A stretch of DNA of 64,000 bases from a candidate division FCPU426 bacterium (GCA_963796105.1 CAWCKJ010000006.1:224001-288000), one strand, 5' to 3'; positions 1-10,387 are shown, numbered from the stretch's first letter. Made by a program: numbers and translations. The notes: a model not told the origin generated them from the sequence alone.

Positions 1-321
1 GAAAGGCGCCATGATAAACACGGATGCCAGTCCCAGCTTGAGAAACTTGGAAAACGTGGATGTGGAGTACCAGGTAACAGCCAATGACCCAGTGGTGTTA
101 AATCACTGGTTACCTTGGGTCCACCGATTCATTTCCAACGCCAAGGCTTGGATCCTAGGAACCCATCATGGAGTCAACGTGAAATATCTGCCTGGATACT
201 TGAGCGAATATACTTATCGGTTCAATCGTCGCCATGACCCAGATTCCTTATTTCACCGGGCCTTAACCGCTTGCGCTTTGGCAAAACCCATTACTGCGCA
301 AGCGTTGTTCGGATAGGCATG
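1..321 (+). mobile_element. 3' end of an IS1595-family (ISSod11-like) insertion sequence; transposase C-terminus 11..316, element runs off the left edge of the window
   Basis: Translation contains LPWVHRFISNAKAWILGTHHGV..YL..YLSEYTYRFNRR, typical of the IS1595/ISXO2 DDE C-terminus. GGATAGGCATG (311-321, reverse complement CATGCCTATCC) looks like the right TIR and is followed by AT-rich TAATTTTA (possible 8-bp TSD). Confidence 0.85.
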
Positions 322-406
322 TAATTTTAAGTTTTGTAGAGCCTTTTCACACTTTGGAACAATTTTACCCACATTGGGTAAATAGTAATCCTTAAATTTT
401 TCCCAC

Positions 407-670
407 CTAAAATTTTCGATATATAAAGCCATTTTCATCCCAAAGTTCTTGGCATGTCACTTGCTTTGTTAATCTTATAGGTGAGTGGTTTTTTTGCTCA
501 TCCAAATATTCAATGAACTCACGACGCCCACCTATCTTTTTCCTGACAGGGTTCCAGTGATTGAGATGCAATCCACAACCGTAACAGTCCCTTCCCAAAA
601 CCTCCCGAGGCTGGAATTTGTGTTTCGCCATCCTGAAAAACCATTCCATTTCAATTTGAACGCGAGTCAA
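407..670 (-). CDS. hypothetical protein (87 aa, CxxC motif)
   Basis: ORF only; CYGC motif; divergent from 673..1041; no family recognised. Confidence 0.3.
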   Translation of the reverse strand: MTRVQIEMEWFFRMAKHKFQPREVLGRDCYGCGLHLNHWNPVRKKIGGRREFIEYLDEQKNHSPIRLTKQVTCQELWDENGFIYRKF

Positions 671-672
671 CC

Positions 673-1041
673 GTGATCAGACCCGTTTTAAATTTCTTAA
701 GGGAATTGGACAGGGATTTAGATTCCCTATCCATGCGATTGGCATGGTCTCCCGGGTTGAACCAAAGAATGCTTATGAACTCTTGCCTGGAATTGGAGCA
801 ATGGTTGTACCGGGTTCGTGAAAGGGATAACCATTGGCCCGGTTTGTTTTTAAAAAGGGTTCGAAAAATCGACGAACTTGTCCGGGAAGGAATTCCTTTG
901 ACTGAAATTCAGGACCAGCTTATCAGCTTGATTGGCCTCGTTTCCGGGAAATTCCATGAAGCAAGGTTTTTCGGGTTGTTCTCTCTCAAAGAAGCCTCCA
1001 TCCCTGTGGAACCTTTCGCGGCCAGGGCGGGAACACTATGA
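673..1041 (+). CDS. helical protein, HPt-like but lacking the phospho-His; paralog of 1621..1992
   Basis: Ungapped similarity to 1621..1992; stop overlaps start of the next gene (ATGA). Confidence 0.55.
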   Translation: MIRPVLNFLRELDRDLDSLSMRLAWSPGLNQRMLMNSCLELEQWLYRVRERDNHWPGLFLKRVRKIDELVREGIPLTEIQDQLISLIGLVSGKFHEARFFGLFSLKEASIPVEPFAARAGTL

Positions 1042-1508
1042 TCGCCAATATCAATAAGGAAAAAGACGTGCTTAAGAGGGCGGCTAAACATCACCCGGGG
1101 TCCAAGAAGGGAATGAACGTCAAAGGATCGTCTCGAATCCTTTTGTTGCAAGACAGCGATGAAGTGCGGGATTTCGCACTTAAATTCATCCGCAGGGCTT
1201 TGGGTTGTTGCGACATTCTTGAAATATCCAAGATAGGCCCCGCGCTCTTGACCATGATTAAGGAAAATTTTGATCTCATCGTCATCGATTTGGAAGCCCA
1301 GGGTCTAGTGGGGGGGTCTTTCTTAAGAGAGGCGAGATCCGTTATCAGGATACAAGAGAAACCCATCCTTGCTTTGACCGAGAATATTACGCCCCAACTT
1401 CTAAGGGAATTTAAGGAGGATCGGGAGACTTGGTTTATAGAGAAGAGCGTTCCTGTGAAAGAAGCGTCCGAATTGGTCCGAGTTTTGTTGAACCTTCAAA
1501 AGGCTTAG
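1038..1508 (+). CDS. single-domain response regulator receiver (CheY-like)
   Basis: RILLLQDS...FDLIVIDL...PILALT...FIEK: phospho-Asp, Thr and Lys positions present. Confidence 0.8.
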   Translation: MIANINKEKDVLKRAAKHHPGSKKGMNVKGSSRILLLQDSDEVRDFALKFIRRALGCCDILEISKIGPALLTMIKENFDLIVIDLEAQGLVGGSFLREARSVIRIQEKPILALTENITPQLLREFKEDRETWFIEKSVPVKEASELVRVLLNLQKA

Positions 1509-1620
1509 TTATCGGCTTTAAACCCCGGCGGTGAGCGGGAAGGGAATCGAGAGTTTTTTCGGTCAAGGTTTCTCAGACGTTCGGGGGATTTGCGTTAATA
1601 AAGAAAAATGGGAGAGTGTG

Positions 1621-1992
1621 ATGAACCTCACTCCGGATGAATGGCTAGAGCAAATGGAAAAAGACCTGAATACGCTTGGAACGCAAGTGGCCTTGACCCA
1701 TTCGGCCGATTCCCAAAAACTCAAGACTATCATGGGTAATATGGAAGCTTGGGCGGGAAGGGCAAGGGAGCGCCGCGTTCAATGGGCTGGATCTATTTTG
1801 GAGGAAATCCGGAATTTAGTTCATCAACTCGACGCGGGCCACGCCTGTGAACATGTCCTATTAAAAATGATGCATTTGGTGATTGAATCTTCCCGGAATC
1901 TTTACCACCTTCGGCTGGACATGGAATTGGAAAAGGAAGCCCGAGCCAAGAACAACCACGCGGGAACAGGCAACAATGTTTTCGCGTCCTGA
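1621..1992 (+). CDS. helical protein, HPt-like but lacking the phospho-His; paralog of 673..1041
   Basis: ATG 1621 after GGGAGAG (ORF track starts at 1531); WLEQMEKDL..L...MEAWAGRA..LVHQLDAG pattern. Confidence 0.55.
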   Translation: MNLTPDEWLEQMEKDLNTLGTQVALTHSADSQKLKTIMGNMEAWAGRARERRVQWAGSILEEIRNLVHQLDAGHACEHVLLKMMHLVIESSRNLYHLRLDMELEKEARAKNNHAGTGNNVFAS

Positions 1993-2222
1993 TTGGGGAT
2001 AGTTTCCGGGCTTTTCAATTAAAAAGGCGTTTTTATTACCGCTGAAAAAGCATAAGAAATTAAAAATTCAATCAAATTAAATTATTTTTACGGAAATCCC
2101 CACCCCAACCCTTTCTTTAAGCAAGGTCCCTGGTTTTTCCCATGATGCAATCCGCCTGAACTTTGACGATAATGGAAAGACCAGAACGGTCCTGGTAATA
2201 CCGTTCTTTCCCAGGGGGTTGC

Positions 2223-3605
2223 ATGCCGCGACTATTCACCTGGCCTTTGGGCCAAGTCGTTTTGATCCTGAATTTTCTTTTAACCCTCCTTTTCGTGTCT
2301 TTTGTACTGCGTTCCAAGCGGCCTCCCGGAAATACACTCGCCTGGCTGTTGTTCATCGTGCTGGTTCCTTATATCGGGATCCCCCTCTATGTTCTCTTGG
2401 CGGACCGGAAGTTTCAGACCCGATTGCGGAAGAAAAAACACTTATACCAACCCAACCCCGAGGAAGTTCCAAGGCAGGAAGATACGGTGGATAAGCTCCT
2501 GGCGGGTTTGGGATTGCCGCCCTCCTGCTCGGGGCAAAAAGCCCGTTTGATCCTCAATGGGGAACAGGCATACAAGGATATTGTCGAGTTGATCGAGTCG
2601 GCCCGCAAAAGGATTCACTTGGCGACTTTTATATTCGCCGATGACGAGGTTGGAAAATCCCTCGCTGGACTCCTTGAAAAAAAGGCCGAGCAGGGCGTCC
2701 AGGTTCGTTTGCTTTTGGATTCCCTGGGTTCCTTCATGGTGCGACACCCCTCATTCAAGGGGTTGAAGTCAAAAGGGGGTGAAGCCGTTTTTTTCAATCC
2801 GGTCATCCATATGCCCCTCAGGGGAAGAGCCAATCTGCGCTATCACCGGAAACTCCTGATCATTGATTCCCAAAAAGCCCTTCTGGGAGGGATGAATATC
2901 GCGAAAGAGTACATCGGGCCACAGCCCGATTCAGGCCGTTGGATCGATCTCGGCCTGGAGGCGGAGGGCGCCTGCGTCCGGGACATGGAAGCCGTTTTCG
3001 GGGAGGACTGGAAATTCGCGACCGGGGAAAAGCCAGGCAGGGAAATTGTTGAGGGGCCTGAGGCCCCCGGGGAATCCAGCCTGCGGGTCATAGCCGGGGG
3101 CCCGGATGTCATGTGGGACCCCCTTTACGACACCTTGATCTCGCTGATTTACCAGGCGTCAAAAAGAATCTGGATCGCGACTCCCTATTTCATTCCCGAT
3201 GACGCCCTCAATATGGCCTTGAAGCTGGCGGCCCGGAGGGGAGTTGATGTAAGGGTCTTGGTCCCCCGGAAATCGAATCATTTCCTCGCAGACCTGGCCC
3301 GCGGCACCTACTTGCGGGATCTCCTGCGCTCCGGCTGCCAGGTCTCGCTGGTGGAGAAAATGATGCATGCCAAGGCGGTGCTGGTGGATGGGGACTACGC
3401 CATCTTGGGCTCAGCCAACTTCGACATGAGAAGCCTGCTATTGAATTACGAGATCGGCGTCATGATCCGGTCAGGAGCCCCTTTGGAAGCCCTGCAACAC
3501 TGGTTCCAAAAACAGTTCCATGAGGCTGGGAGACCAGAGCACAAAGTGGGGTACTGGCGGGATCTAGCCGAGGGATTGGGAAGGGTTTTAGGTCCCCTTA
3601 TTTAA
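2223..3605 (+). CDS. cls: cardiolipin synthase
   Basis: Two N-terminal TM helices (PLDc_N; LAWLLFIVLVPYIGIPLY) and two HKD motifs (HRKLLIID, HAKAVLVD). Confidence 0.92.
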   Translation: MPRLFTWPLGQVVLILNFLLTLLFVSFVLRSKRPPGNTLAWLLFIVLVPYIGIPLYVLLADRKFQTRLRKKKHLYQPNPEEVPRQEDTVDKLLAGLGLPPSCSGQKARLILNGEQAYKDIVELIESARKRIHLATFIFADDEVGKSLAGLLEKKAEQGVQVRLLLDSLGSFMVRHPSFKGLKSKGGEAVFFNPVIHMPLRGRANLRYHRKLLIIDSQKALLGGMNIAKEYIGPQPDSGRWIDLGLEAEGACVRDMEAVFGEDWKFATGEKPGREIVEGPEAPGESSLRVIAGGPDVMWDPLYDTLISLIYQASKRIWIATPYFIPDDALNMALKLAARRGVDVRVLVPRKSNHFLADLARGTYLRDLLRSGCQVSLVEKMMHAKAVLVDGDYAILGSANFDMRSLLLNYEIGVMIRSGAPLEALQHWFQKQFHEAGRPEHKVGYWRDLAEGLGRVLGPLI

Positions 3606-3638
3606 GGTGCTTTACGCAGTCTGGATGATCTATCTGGC

Positions 3639-4622
3639 TCAATCGATGGGTATTTCCTTCATGAACTGCTGGTTGAGGTAGATTTGCGCTGAGGCCTTTC
3701 CGGTCACGCTGACCCCCACTTCCACATGATCCTTGGATGATTCCATCCGGTTATAAATTGTCCGGGTTCCAGTACTGTCGAAAACATCGATCTGCAGGCG
3801 TTTGGGTCCGCCCTCGGGAATATCGTAGGAAATCCTCGAGTAACGGGCTTTGAGATCCCTCTCGCCAGACTTGGCGCTGACCACGAAGGATACGGAATCC
3901 TTGGGGAGGATCCGCACTCCCGGCTCCGGGGTTTGTGAAAGAATGGTTTCCGAGTCCAGGTCGTCATGGACCTCGCTGGTGATTTTCTCGATGGTAATCC
4001 CTGCGGGCCTCAAGGCCTTAAACGCCTTTTCCAACGGCTGGTTTTTCATGTCGGGCATCACGTACGAAGGGTCCTGTGGCCCCGTGGAAACCAGCAGATT
4101 CACTTCCGCGAAGGATTCTGCGGTCGTCCCAGGTTCGGGAACCTGGGCCATGACCGTATCCTTAGGCTCCGTAAAAGAGGAGATCATGGATTCGCGCCCC
4201 ACCCTCAGCCGGTTCGCCGCCAGCTGAATTTGCGCCTCTTGAAAGGACAAACCCGCGACCAGGGGAATCTTGACCATCGGGCTGCCCTTGCTGATGACCG
4301 CTTCCACGACCTGCCCCCGCTTGGCGTAATTATTAGCCTTGGGGATTTGCTCGCTGACCAGCCCGGCCGGGACGTGCTCATCGAATTGTGAACGGATAAT
4401 CTTTAATCCCAAACCCTTGGATGATACCAATTTTTCCGCTTGGGCTTGATCTAGGCCGATTATTTTCGGCACGATCATGGGCTGGTGGCGTCGCATGAAG
4501 TACATGGCCCCTGAACCCGCAATCAGGGTGACCAGGGTGAAAATTCCCAGTAGAGCAAGGGCGTTTTGCAGCAATTTTTTCTCGGCGGGAGTCCATTGGT
4601 TTTTTGAAAAAGATGGCTGCAT
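3639..4622 (-). CDS. membrane-anchored PASTA-domain protein (3 PASTA repeats, no kinase domain)
   Basis: One TM helix, then VPKIIGL / IPLVAGL / MPDMKNQ repeats each with a Q.P motif and ending in V(V/I)S; ATG at 4622 just after the rlmN stop. Confidence 0.85.
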   Translation of the reverse strand: MQPSFSKNQWTPAEKKLLQNALALLGIFTLVTLIAGSGAMYFMRRHQPMIVPKIIGLDQAQAEKLVSSKGLGLKIIRSQFDEHVPAGLVSEQIPKANNYAKRGQVVEAVISKGSPMVKIPLVAGLSFQEAQIQLAANRLRVGRESMISSFTEPKDTVMAQVPEPGTTAESFAEVNLLVSTGPQDPSYVMPDMKNQPLEKAFKALRPAGITIEKITSEVHDDLDSETILSQTPEPGVRILPKDSVSFVVSAKSGERDLKARYSRISYDIPEGGPKRLQIDVFDSTGTRTIYNRMESSKDHVEVGVSVTGKASAQIYLNQQFMKEIPID

Positions 4623-4623
4623 T

Positions 4624-5709
4624 TTAGGACCTGCCTTGTTTTGGAGCCCCGGAGGCATTCTCAAACCCTAATTGACCGCAGGCCGCCGCGATATCCTCGC
4701 CTTTTCTTTCCCTTAAAAACGCCTTTAATCCCCGCTCCCTTAATCCGTTTTTAAATTCCTGGACCTCCTCCGCTCCGGGGGACTCGAAGGGAAGGGAAGG
4801 AACGGAATTGTAGCGAATCAGGTTTACCTTGCAAAGCAGATCCTTACAAAAACCCGTTAATTTGTCCAAGTCCCTGGGACGGTCGTTTATACCTTTGAGA
4901 AGAATATATTCCAAAGTGACGGGGAGGCGCCTTGTGAAAGTAAACTGCCGGAGGAGTTTTTTCAATGGGATCAGGGGATTGGACCGGCTGACGGGCATAA
5001 GGCGGTCCCGGATTTCCTGGTCAGCGCTATGAAGGGAGAGAGCCAAGGAAACAGGCCAGTCATCCTTGATGAAACGCTTGAGGGGCTCCATCAATCCCGA
5101 GGTGGATAGGGTAATCCGCCGCCGTCCCAGCCCCAAGCCCTCCGGATCGTGAAGGATTCGCATGGCTTTCTCGGTTGCCTCGTAATTGTCCAGGGGCTCT
5201 CCCATGCCCATGACCACGACGTTATTGAACCTAGTGTTGGAGTCCCGCTCCATCCCGAGGGCTTGGGCGATGATCTCGCCTGTAGTGAGGCTCCTTTGGA
5301 ACTTTGGGACGCCTGTGGCGCAAAAGGCGCATTTCATTCTGCATCCGGCCTGGGTGGAAAGGCAGTGGGTGTAATAACCAGGTTCCCCGCCCTCTTCCTG
5401 GGACATCGGCAGGAGCACGCTTTCCACCAGCGGGGCAAATTCCCGGGAGTCAGGTCCCAGGCTCCAAAGGTACTTGACCGTGCCGTCGGCGGATACTTTT
5501 TTTTCGACTAACGTCATGGGTGTGAGGAGGGCTTTTAAGGAAAGCTCTTCCCTTAGGTCCTTGGGAAGGTCGGTCATTTCCAAGAAACTTCCCGCTTTCT
5601 TCCGGTAAAGCCACTGGAAAACCTGCCCCCCTGTATAACGGGGGGATCCCCATTCCATTAGTAGTCCAGTTATTTCCTCACGGGTAAGATTGTAAAAATC
5701 GGCAATCAT
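4624..5709 (-). CDS. rlmN: 23S rRNA m2A2503 / tRNA methyltransferase RlmN (radical SAM)
   Basis: CLSTQAGCRMKCAFCATG, VVMGMGEPL, IAAACGQL. Confidence 0.96.
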   Translation of the reverse strand: MIADFYNLTREEITGLLMEWGSPRYTGGQVFQWLYRKKAGSFLEMTDLPKDLREELSLKALLTPMTLVEKKVSADGTVKYLWSLGPDSREFAPLVESVLLPMSQEEGGEPGYYTHCLSTQAGCRMKCAFCATGVPKFQRSLTTGEIIAQALGMERDSNTRFNNVVVMGMGEPLDNYEATEKAMRILHDPEGLGLGRRRITLSTSGLMEPLKRFIKDDWPVSLALSLHSADQEIRDRLMPVSRSNPLIPLKKLLRQFTFTRRLPVTLEYILLKGINDRPRDLDKLTGFCKDLLCKVNLIRYNSVPSLPFESPGAEEVQEFKNGLRERGLKAFLRERKGEDIAAACGQLGFENASGAPKQGRS

Positions 5710-6121
5710 TTCCTGGAGCCTTTTCCTTCAATTGAGGGATTAGCATACCAAAAGAATCGGCGGGAGTTAAAGATTCAGCGGGGAATAAAAGATGCGATTC
5801 GGTAAGTGTTTGAACCCTCGGGAAACCAATCATTTTCCAGGAAAAGTAAAAGTTGTTTTGGGTATCTTGGGTTTATGCCCTTTAGGAATTTGAGATGGAA
5901 TGGTTCAAGGCGAATCACCCGAGCGTGAGGAAGTTAGTGGATAAGTCCGGCAAACAAGCCTTGCCAAAGCTTGAAACGGGCTGTTAAATTAAGTGAATTC
6001 AAGGAAACTTCATATTCTCCAAATCGGATGGAATCCGGCGGGAAACAGCGAAGCGTGGCTTTGAAAACTCCCGACGGATTTTGAAGTTTTCTTTTGAAAA
6101 AAATTCAAAAGGAAAGACGAA

Positions 6122-6997
6122 ATGTCAAATATGCTCAAATTGGGATTGCCCAAGGGAAGCCTCCAGGAGTCCACGTTTCATCTCTTCGCCAAGGCTGGTT
6201 ACAAAATCTCGTCAACCTCAAGATCCTACTTTCCTTCCATCAACGACCCGGATATGAAGCCCATGCTTATCCGCGCCCAGGAAATGAGCAGGTATGTGGA
6301 GGATGGAACTTTGGATATAGGCATTACGGGAAGGGATTGGGTGAGGGAGAACGGCTCGGATGTAGTGGAAATGGCCGAGCTCATTTACGCCAAACAGGGC
6401 CTCCGCCCCGTCCGCTGGGTGCTGGCGGTGCCTGCGGGTTCCCCGATCAAGTCGGCCAAGGATCTGCAGGGAAAAAAGATCGCTACGGAACTTGTAAACG
6501 TGTCCAAGGAATACCTGAAAAAGAACGGGGTGACGGCCCACGTGGAATTCTCCTGGGGCGCCACCGAGGCCAAACCGCCGGAGCTGGCTGACGCCATTAT
6601 CGAGGTGACGGAGACAGGCTCCTCCTTGAAGGCTAACAATTTGATCATCCTGGAAACGGTGATGGAATCCAACACTGTGGTCATCGTCAATAAGGCTTCC
6701 TGGGCCGATCCTTGGAAGAAGAAAAAAGCCGGGGACCTGGTCCTTCTCTTGAAGGGGGCTTTAGCGGCGGAGGAAAAAGTGGGCTTGAAGATGAATGTGC
6801 CGCGAGCCAAACTGGAGAAAGTGCTGAAAGTCCTCCCGTCCATGAATTCCCCCACCATCGCGGATCTCACCGATAAGAACTGGGTGGATGTGGATACGGT
6901 GGTGGATGAGAAGACCGTACGCGAGATCATACCCAAACTCAAGGACGAGGGTGCCGAGGGGATCGTGGAATATCCTCTCAATAAAGTAATTCCTTAA
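6122..6997 (+). CDS. hisG: ATP phosphoribosyltransferase, long form
   Basis: [30 protein letters not shown]-terminal regulatory domain. Confidence 0.96.
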   Translation: MSNMLKLGLPKGSLQESTFHLFAKAGYKISSTSRSYFPSINDPDMKPMLIRAQEMSRYVEDGTLDIGITGRDWVRENGSDVVEMAELIYAKQGLRPVRWVLAVPAGSPIKSAKDLQGKKIATELVNVSKEYLKKNGVTAHVEFSWGATEAKPPELADAIIEVTETGSSLKANNLIILETVMESNTVVIVNKASWADPWKKKKAGDLVLLLKGALAAEEKVGLKMNVPRAKLEKVLKVLPSMNSPTIADLTDKNWVDVDTVVDEKTVREIIPKLKDEGAEGIVEYPLNKVIP

Positions 6998-7083
6998 AAC
7001 AAAATAATCGCTTCCTATTCATTGGGTGTGGATTTTTAAAACTCATATTTTCGTCCATTATCGAATAGACATCAGGGGTTTGA

Positions 7084-7584
7084 ATGTCCGACGCAGCAGA
7101 GCTTAACAAACAAGCGGTTCAGCTTTACAAGGACCAGGATTTATCCGGCGCTGAAAAGCTTTACCGGCAAGCCCTCCATCTCGATCCCTCCTATTTCCCG
7201 GCACAGCTAAACCTGGGAATCGTCCTGTTCAAAACCGGTCATTTCGATGAATCGGTCAAGGAATGCACAAGAGCCGTATCCTTGAGGCCTGAGAACCCTT
7301 CCGCCCATTTCCATCTCGGCAACGCCTATTACGCGAAAATGTGGTGGGAAGAGGCCATGGTGGAGTACGAGAAAGTATTCTTGCTTGACCCCAACCATAT
7401 CGACGTTCATTTCGCGCTGGGCGGCATCTATCTGAACCGTGGGTACAAAGACAAGGCTGTGGAGTGCTGGAAAAAATACCTGGAATTGGCCCCCCTCAAC
7501 ACCCCCAAGGCCAAGCTGGCGGATGAATACGTGCAGGGGACCATCGCGAACCGCGTGAATATCGGCAAATACATCGCCGAATAA
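7084..7584 (+). CDS. tetratricopeptide repeat protein
   Basis: About four 34-aa TPR units (A..NLG, HFHLGNAY, HFALGGIY; L.LDP). Confidence 0.85.
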   Translation: MSDAAELNKQAVQLYKDQDLSGAEKLYRQALHLDPSYFPAQLNLGIVLFKTGHFDESVKECTRAVSLRPENPSAHFHLGNAYYAKMWWEEAMVEYEKVFLLDPNHIDVHFALGGIYLNRGYKDKAVECWKKYLELAPLNTPKAKLADEYVQGTIANRVNIGKYIAE

Positions 7585-7667
7585 TATTGTTTGCCAACTC
7601 GGGATTGTAAATAGTTCAAGGGAAAGCCTGGAAGCGGCTCAAGGGAAATTAAGTTATAATAAAAAAG

Positions 7668-7703
7668 TCGCCATCCGGTTGAAATCGGATGGCGAATCTT
7701 TTA
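7668..7703. terminator. probable intrinsic (possibly bidirectional) terminator
   Basis: TCGCCATCCG-GTTGAAAT-CGGATGGCGA perfect 10-bp stem with A-run upstream and T-run downstream. Confidence 0.6.
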
Positions 7704-7750
7704 TGGGTCAAGACTTATGACGGTGAGACTTGATTTGGAGATTAGGGAAA

Positions 7751-9118
7751 ATGCGGTATTTTATCAAAAAAACTCTTGTTGATGTCCCGGCCAAGGCTTC
7801 GTTTGCGTGGCATAACCGGCTTCCCGTTTTCCGCAGATTATGCCTCCCCTATGAGAAATACCATCCTTCCATCGGCTCCTCGGATGTTGGGCGTCTTGTT
7901 TTGGAGAACCGCTGCGGAATGTTTACCCGCCGTTTTGTCGGCATACAAAGCGATTTCGCGGGAGGGAAACTCCTTTGTGATGAGACGGTCCAGGCGCCTT
8001 TCCCGAATTGGACCCATCACCATCAATTCCTGCCGGAATCGGAGGATGCCTGCCTGATTACCGACCGGGTTGAGTACTCCCCGCCCCTTGGACAATTGGG
8101 GGCGCTGGTCCTGGGAAAATCCGTCGAGAAAAACCTGGACCGTCTCTTCAAATTTCGCCATCAGCGGACCCAAAATGATCTGGGGCGTTATTTCCCTTAC
8201 TCGAACAAGGGGTTATTGAAGATCGCGTTGAGCGGGGCCTCTGGAATGATCGGTTCGGAGCTGGATCTTTTCCTAAATTGCGGGGGTCACCTGGTCAGGC
8301 ACCTTGTCCGCAGAATGCCGAAACCCGATAGCAGCGAGATTTTTTGGGATCCCAACAACCGCCAGCTGGACCCCAATGAAATGGAGGGCCATGACGCGGT
8401 GGTCCATCTCGCGGGGGAGAATATCGGGGCTGGGAAGTGGACAAAGGAAAGAAAAGAAAAGATCCGCAAGAGCCGTGTGGAAGGAACCCGCTTTCTATCG
8501 GGCGTTCTCGCCGGGTTGAGAAACCCTCCAAGGGTTTTGATTGTGGCCTCCGCCATCGGTTATTACGGAAACCGGGAAGAAGAGGCGCTGGTGGAGGAAA
8601 GTCCCGCTGGAAAGGGTTTCCTTCCGGAAGTCTGTCAGGAGTGGGAAGACGCCGCCGAGCCCGCGAGGAAGGCTGGTATCCGCGTGGTTCATCTACGTAC
8701 TGGAATAGTGCTTTCCCCACGGGGAGGGGCTTTGCCCAAGATGCTGGCTCCCTTTAAATGGGGTATGGGGGGGCCTATCGGGAATGGGAAGCAATGGATG
8801 AGCTGGATTTGCATGGAAGACTTGATTGGAATCATCCATTATTTAATTTACTCCGAAAATATCGCGGGTCCCGTGAATGCCACTGCTCCTGATCCTGTGA
8901 GAAACATTGATTTTGTCAAAACCCTGGGAAAGGTCCTGAACCGTCCCGCGGTATTACCTTTGCCTGGATTCGGGGTAAAGGTGTTGTTCGGGGAAATGGG
9001 GGAGTCCTTGCTTCTGGAGAGCCAAAAAGTCCTGCCCGGCTGTTTAAATAAAAACGGCTTTTCTTTCCTCTATCCGGACCTGGAACAGGCCCTTCGCTGG
9101 GAATTAGGCCGCTTTTAA
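7751..9118 (+). CDS. TIGR01777 (YfcH-like) NAD-dependent epimerase with N-terminal SRPBCC-like domain
   Basis: SGASGMIG, VVHLAGENI, ASAIGYYG, WMSWI, GPVNATAP; N-terminal FAWH...W.H.H.F...DRVEY. Confidence 0.88.
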   Translation: MRYFIKKTLVDVPAKASFAWHNRLPVFRRLCLPYEKYHPSIGSSDVGRLVLENRCGMFTRRFVGIQSDFAGGKLLCDETVQAPFPNWTHHHQFLPESEDACLITDRVEYSPPLGQLGALVLGKSVEKNLDRLFKFRHQRTQNDLGRYFPYSNKGLLKIALSGASGMIGSELDLFLNCGGHLVRHLVRRMPKPDSSEIFWDPNNRQLDPNEMEGHDAVVHLAGENIGAGKWTKERKEKIRKSRVEGTRFLSGVLAGLRNPPRVLIVASAIGYYGNREEEALVEESPAGKGFLPEVCQEWEDAAEPARKAGIRVVHLRTGIVLSPRGGALPKMLAPFKWGMGGPIGNGKQWMSWICMEDLIGIIHYLIYSENIAGPVNATAPDPVRNIDFVKTLGKVLNRPAVLPLPGFGVKVLFGEMGESLLLESQKVLPGCLNKNGFSFLYPDLEQALRWELGRF

Positions 9119-9151
9119 CCGGACCTGAATATTCAATTGCCCCTGAGTAAC

Positions 9152-10387
9152 TCAAACGAGTTTGTCCAACCCTTTCAACCTGATGACTTCCGGCCACAGC
9201 GCCATTACCCCCAATACGACCAAAAAAGTTCCAACTCCCCCCACTAAGACCGATGGAATCAAACCGAACCATGCTGCTGTCATGCCGGACTCGAATCCGC
9301 CCAACTCGTTGGAGGAATGGATGAAGATATAGCTGACCGAGGTGATGCGGCCGCGCATGGAATCGGGAGTAAGGACCTGTACCAGCGTGTGTCTCACGAT
9401 GACGCTGATATTATCGAAAGCTCCGGCCAGGAACATCATCAAGAATGAAAGCCAGTACCAACGGGACAAGGCAAAGATGATGGTGACGGCCCCGAACCCA
9501 GCCACGGCCCAAAGGAGGCTCTTTCCAGCCCTTTTCATGGGAAGGTGGGCCACCAGGAAGGATGTGGTAAAGGCCCCCGCGGCGATGGCTGTTTGAAGCA
9601 AGCCGACCCCCGGGGCCCCGCAGTGAAGGATCTTGTCGTCGAAGGCGGGAAAGAGGGCTGTGGCTCCCCCCAGGATGACGGCGAAGAGGTCCATGGTGAT
9701 GGTGGCCAGGATAAGTTTGGTGTCGCGCACGAATTTCAGCCCCTGGAGCAGGGAATGGAGGCTGATGGGTTCTTTTTTATTTCGGGAGGCGTTTTGCCGC
9801 ACAGTTAGGATGAAAATAAAGAAAACAACTTCGATCAAGACATCAATCCAGCAGACCCTCGAGAATCCCAGCCACGTATAAAGCAAACCTCCCATGGCGG
9901 GGCCGGCCACGGACGCAATTTGGAAAATATTGCTGTTCCAGGTGATGGCGTTTGAGAAATGTTTCTGAGGGACGAGTTCGGGCAAAAGGGACTGTTTGGG
10001 GGGATCGCTGAAGGCGCGGGCGATACCGATGAGAAAGAGGAATAAGAATATCAATTGAACAGGCTGGGGCATATGGGCCGCTACCGCCAGGCCCCCGGCG
10101 CAAAGGGCGAACAAAAGGTTGCAGGCCAAGACCAGGACTTTGCGGTTGAAACGGTCCGCCATCATTCCGCCGGGAAGCATGAAAATGAATATGGGAATCC
10201 AGATGAAAAAGCCGATGAGTCCGGAGGCCATCATGGAATGGGTTTGGTGATAGACCTCATAATTCACGGCTACCCTCAGCATCTGCTGGCCCAATACCGA
10301 TAGGAAGTTGCCCAGGGTGTAATACCGGTAATTCGGGAAACGAAAGGCAGCGTAAGGGTCGTGGGTTTTGGCGTTGGACGTTGTCAT
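9152..10387 (-). CDS. MFS transporter (MFS_3/EntS-like)
   Basis: About 12 hydrophobic helices, motif A GMMADRFNRK, PDSMRGR. Confidence 0.9.
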   Translation of the reverse strand: MTTSNAKTHDPYAAFRFPNYRYYTLGNFLSVLGQQMLRVAVNYEVYHQTHSMMASGLIGFFIWIPIFIFMLPGGMMADRFNRKVLVLACNLLFALCAGGLAVAAHMPQPVQLIFLFLFLIGIARAFSDPPKQSLLPELVPQKHFSNAITWNSNIFQIASVAGPAMGGLLYTWLGFSRVCWIDVLIEVVFFIFILTVRQNASRNKKEPISLHSLLQGLKFVRDTKLILATITMDLFAVILGGATALFPAFDDKILHCGAPGVGLLQTAIAAGAFTTSFLVAHLPMKRAGKSLLWAVAGFGAVTIIFALSRWYWLSFLMMFLAGAFDNISVIVRHTLVQVLTPDSMRGRITSVSYIFIHSSNELGGFESGMTAAWFGLIPSVLVGGVGTFLVVLGVMALWPEVIRLKGLDKLV

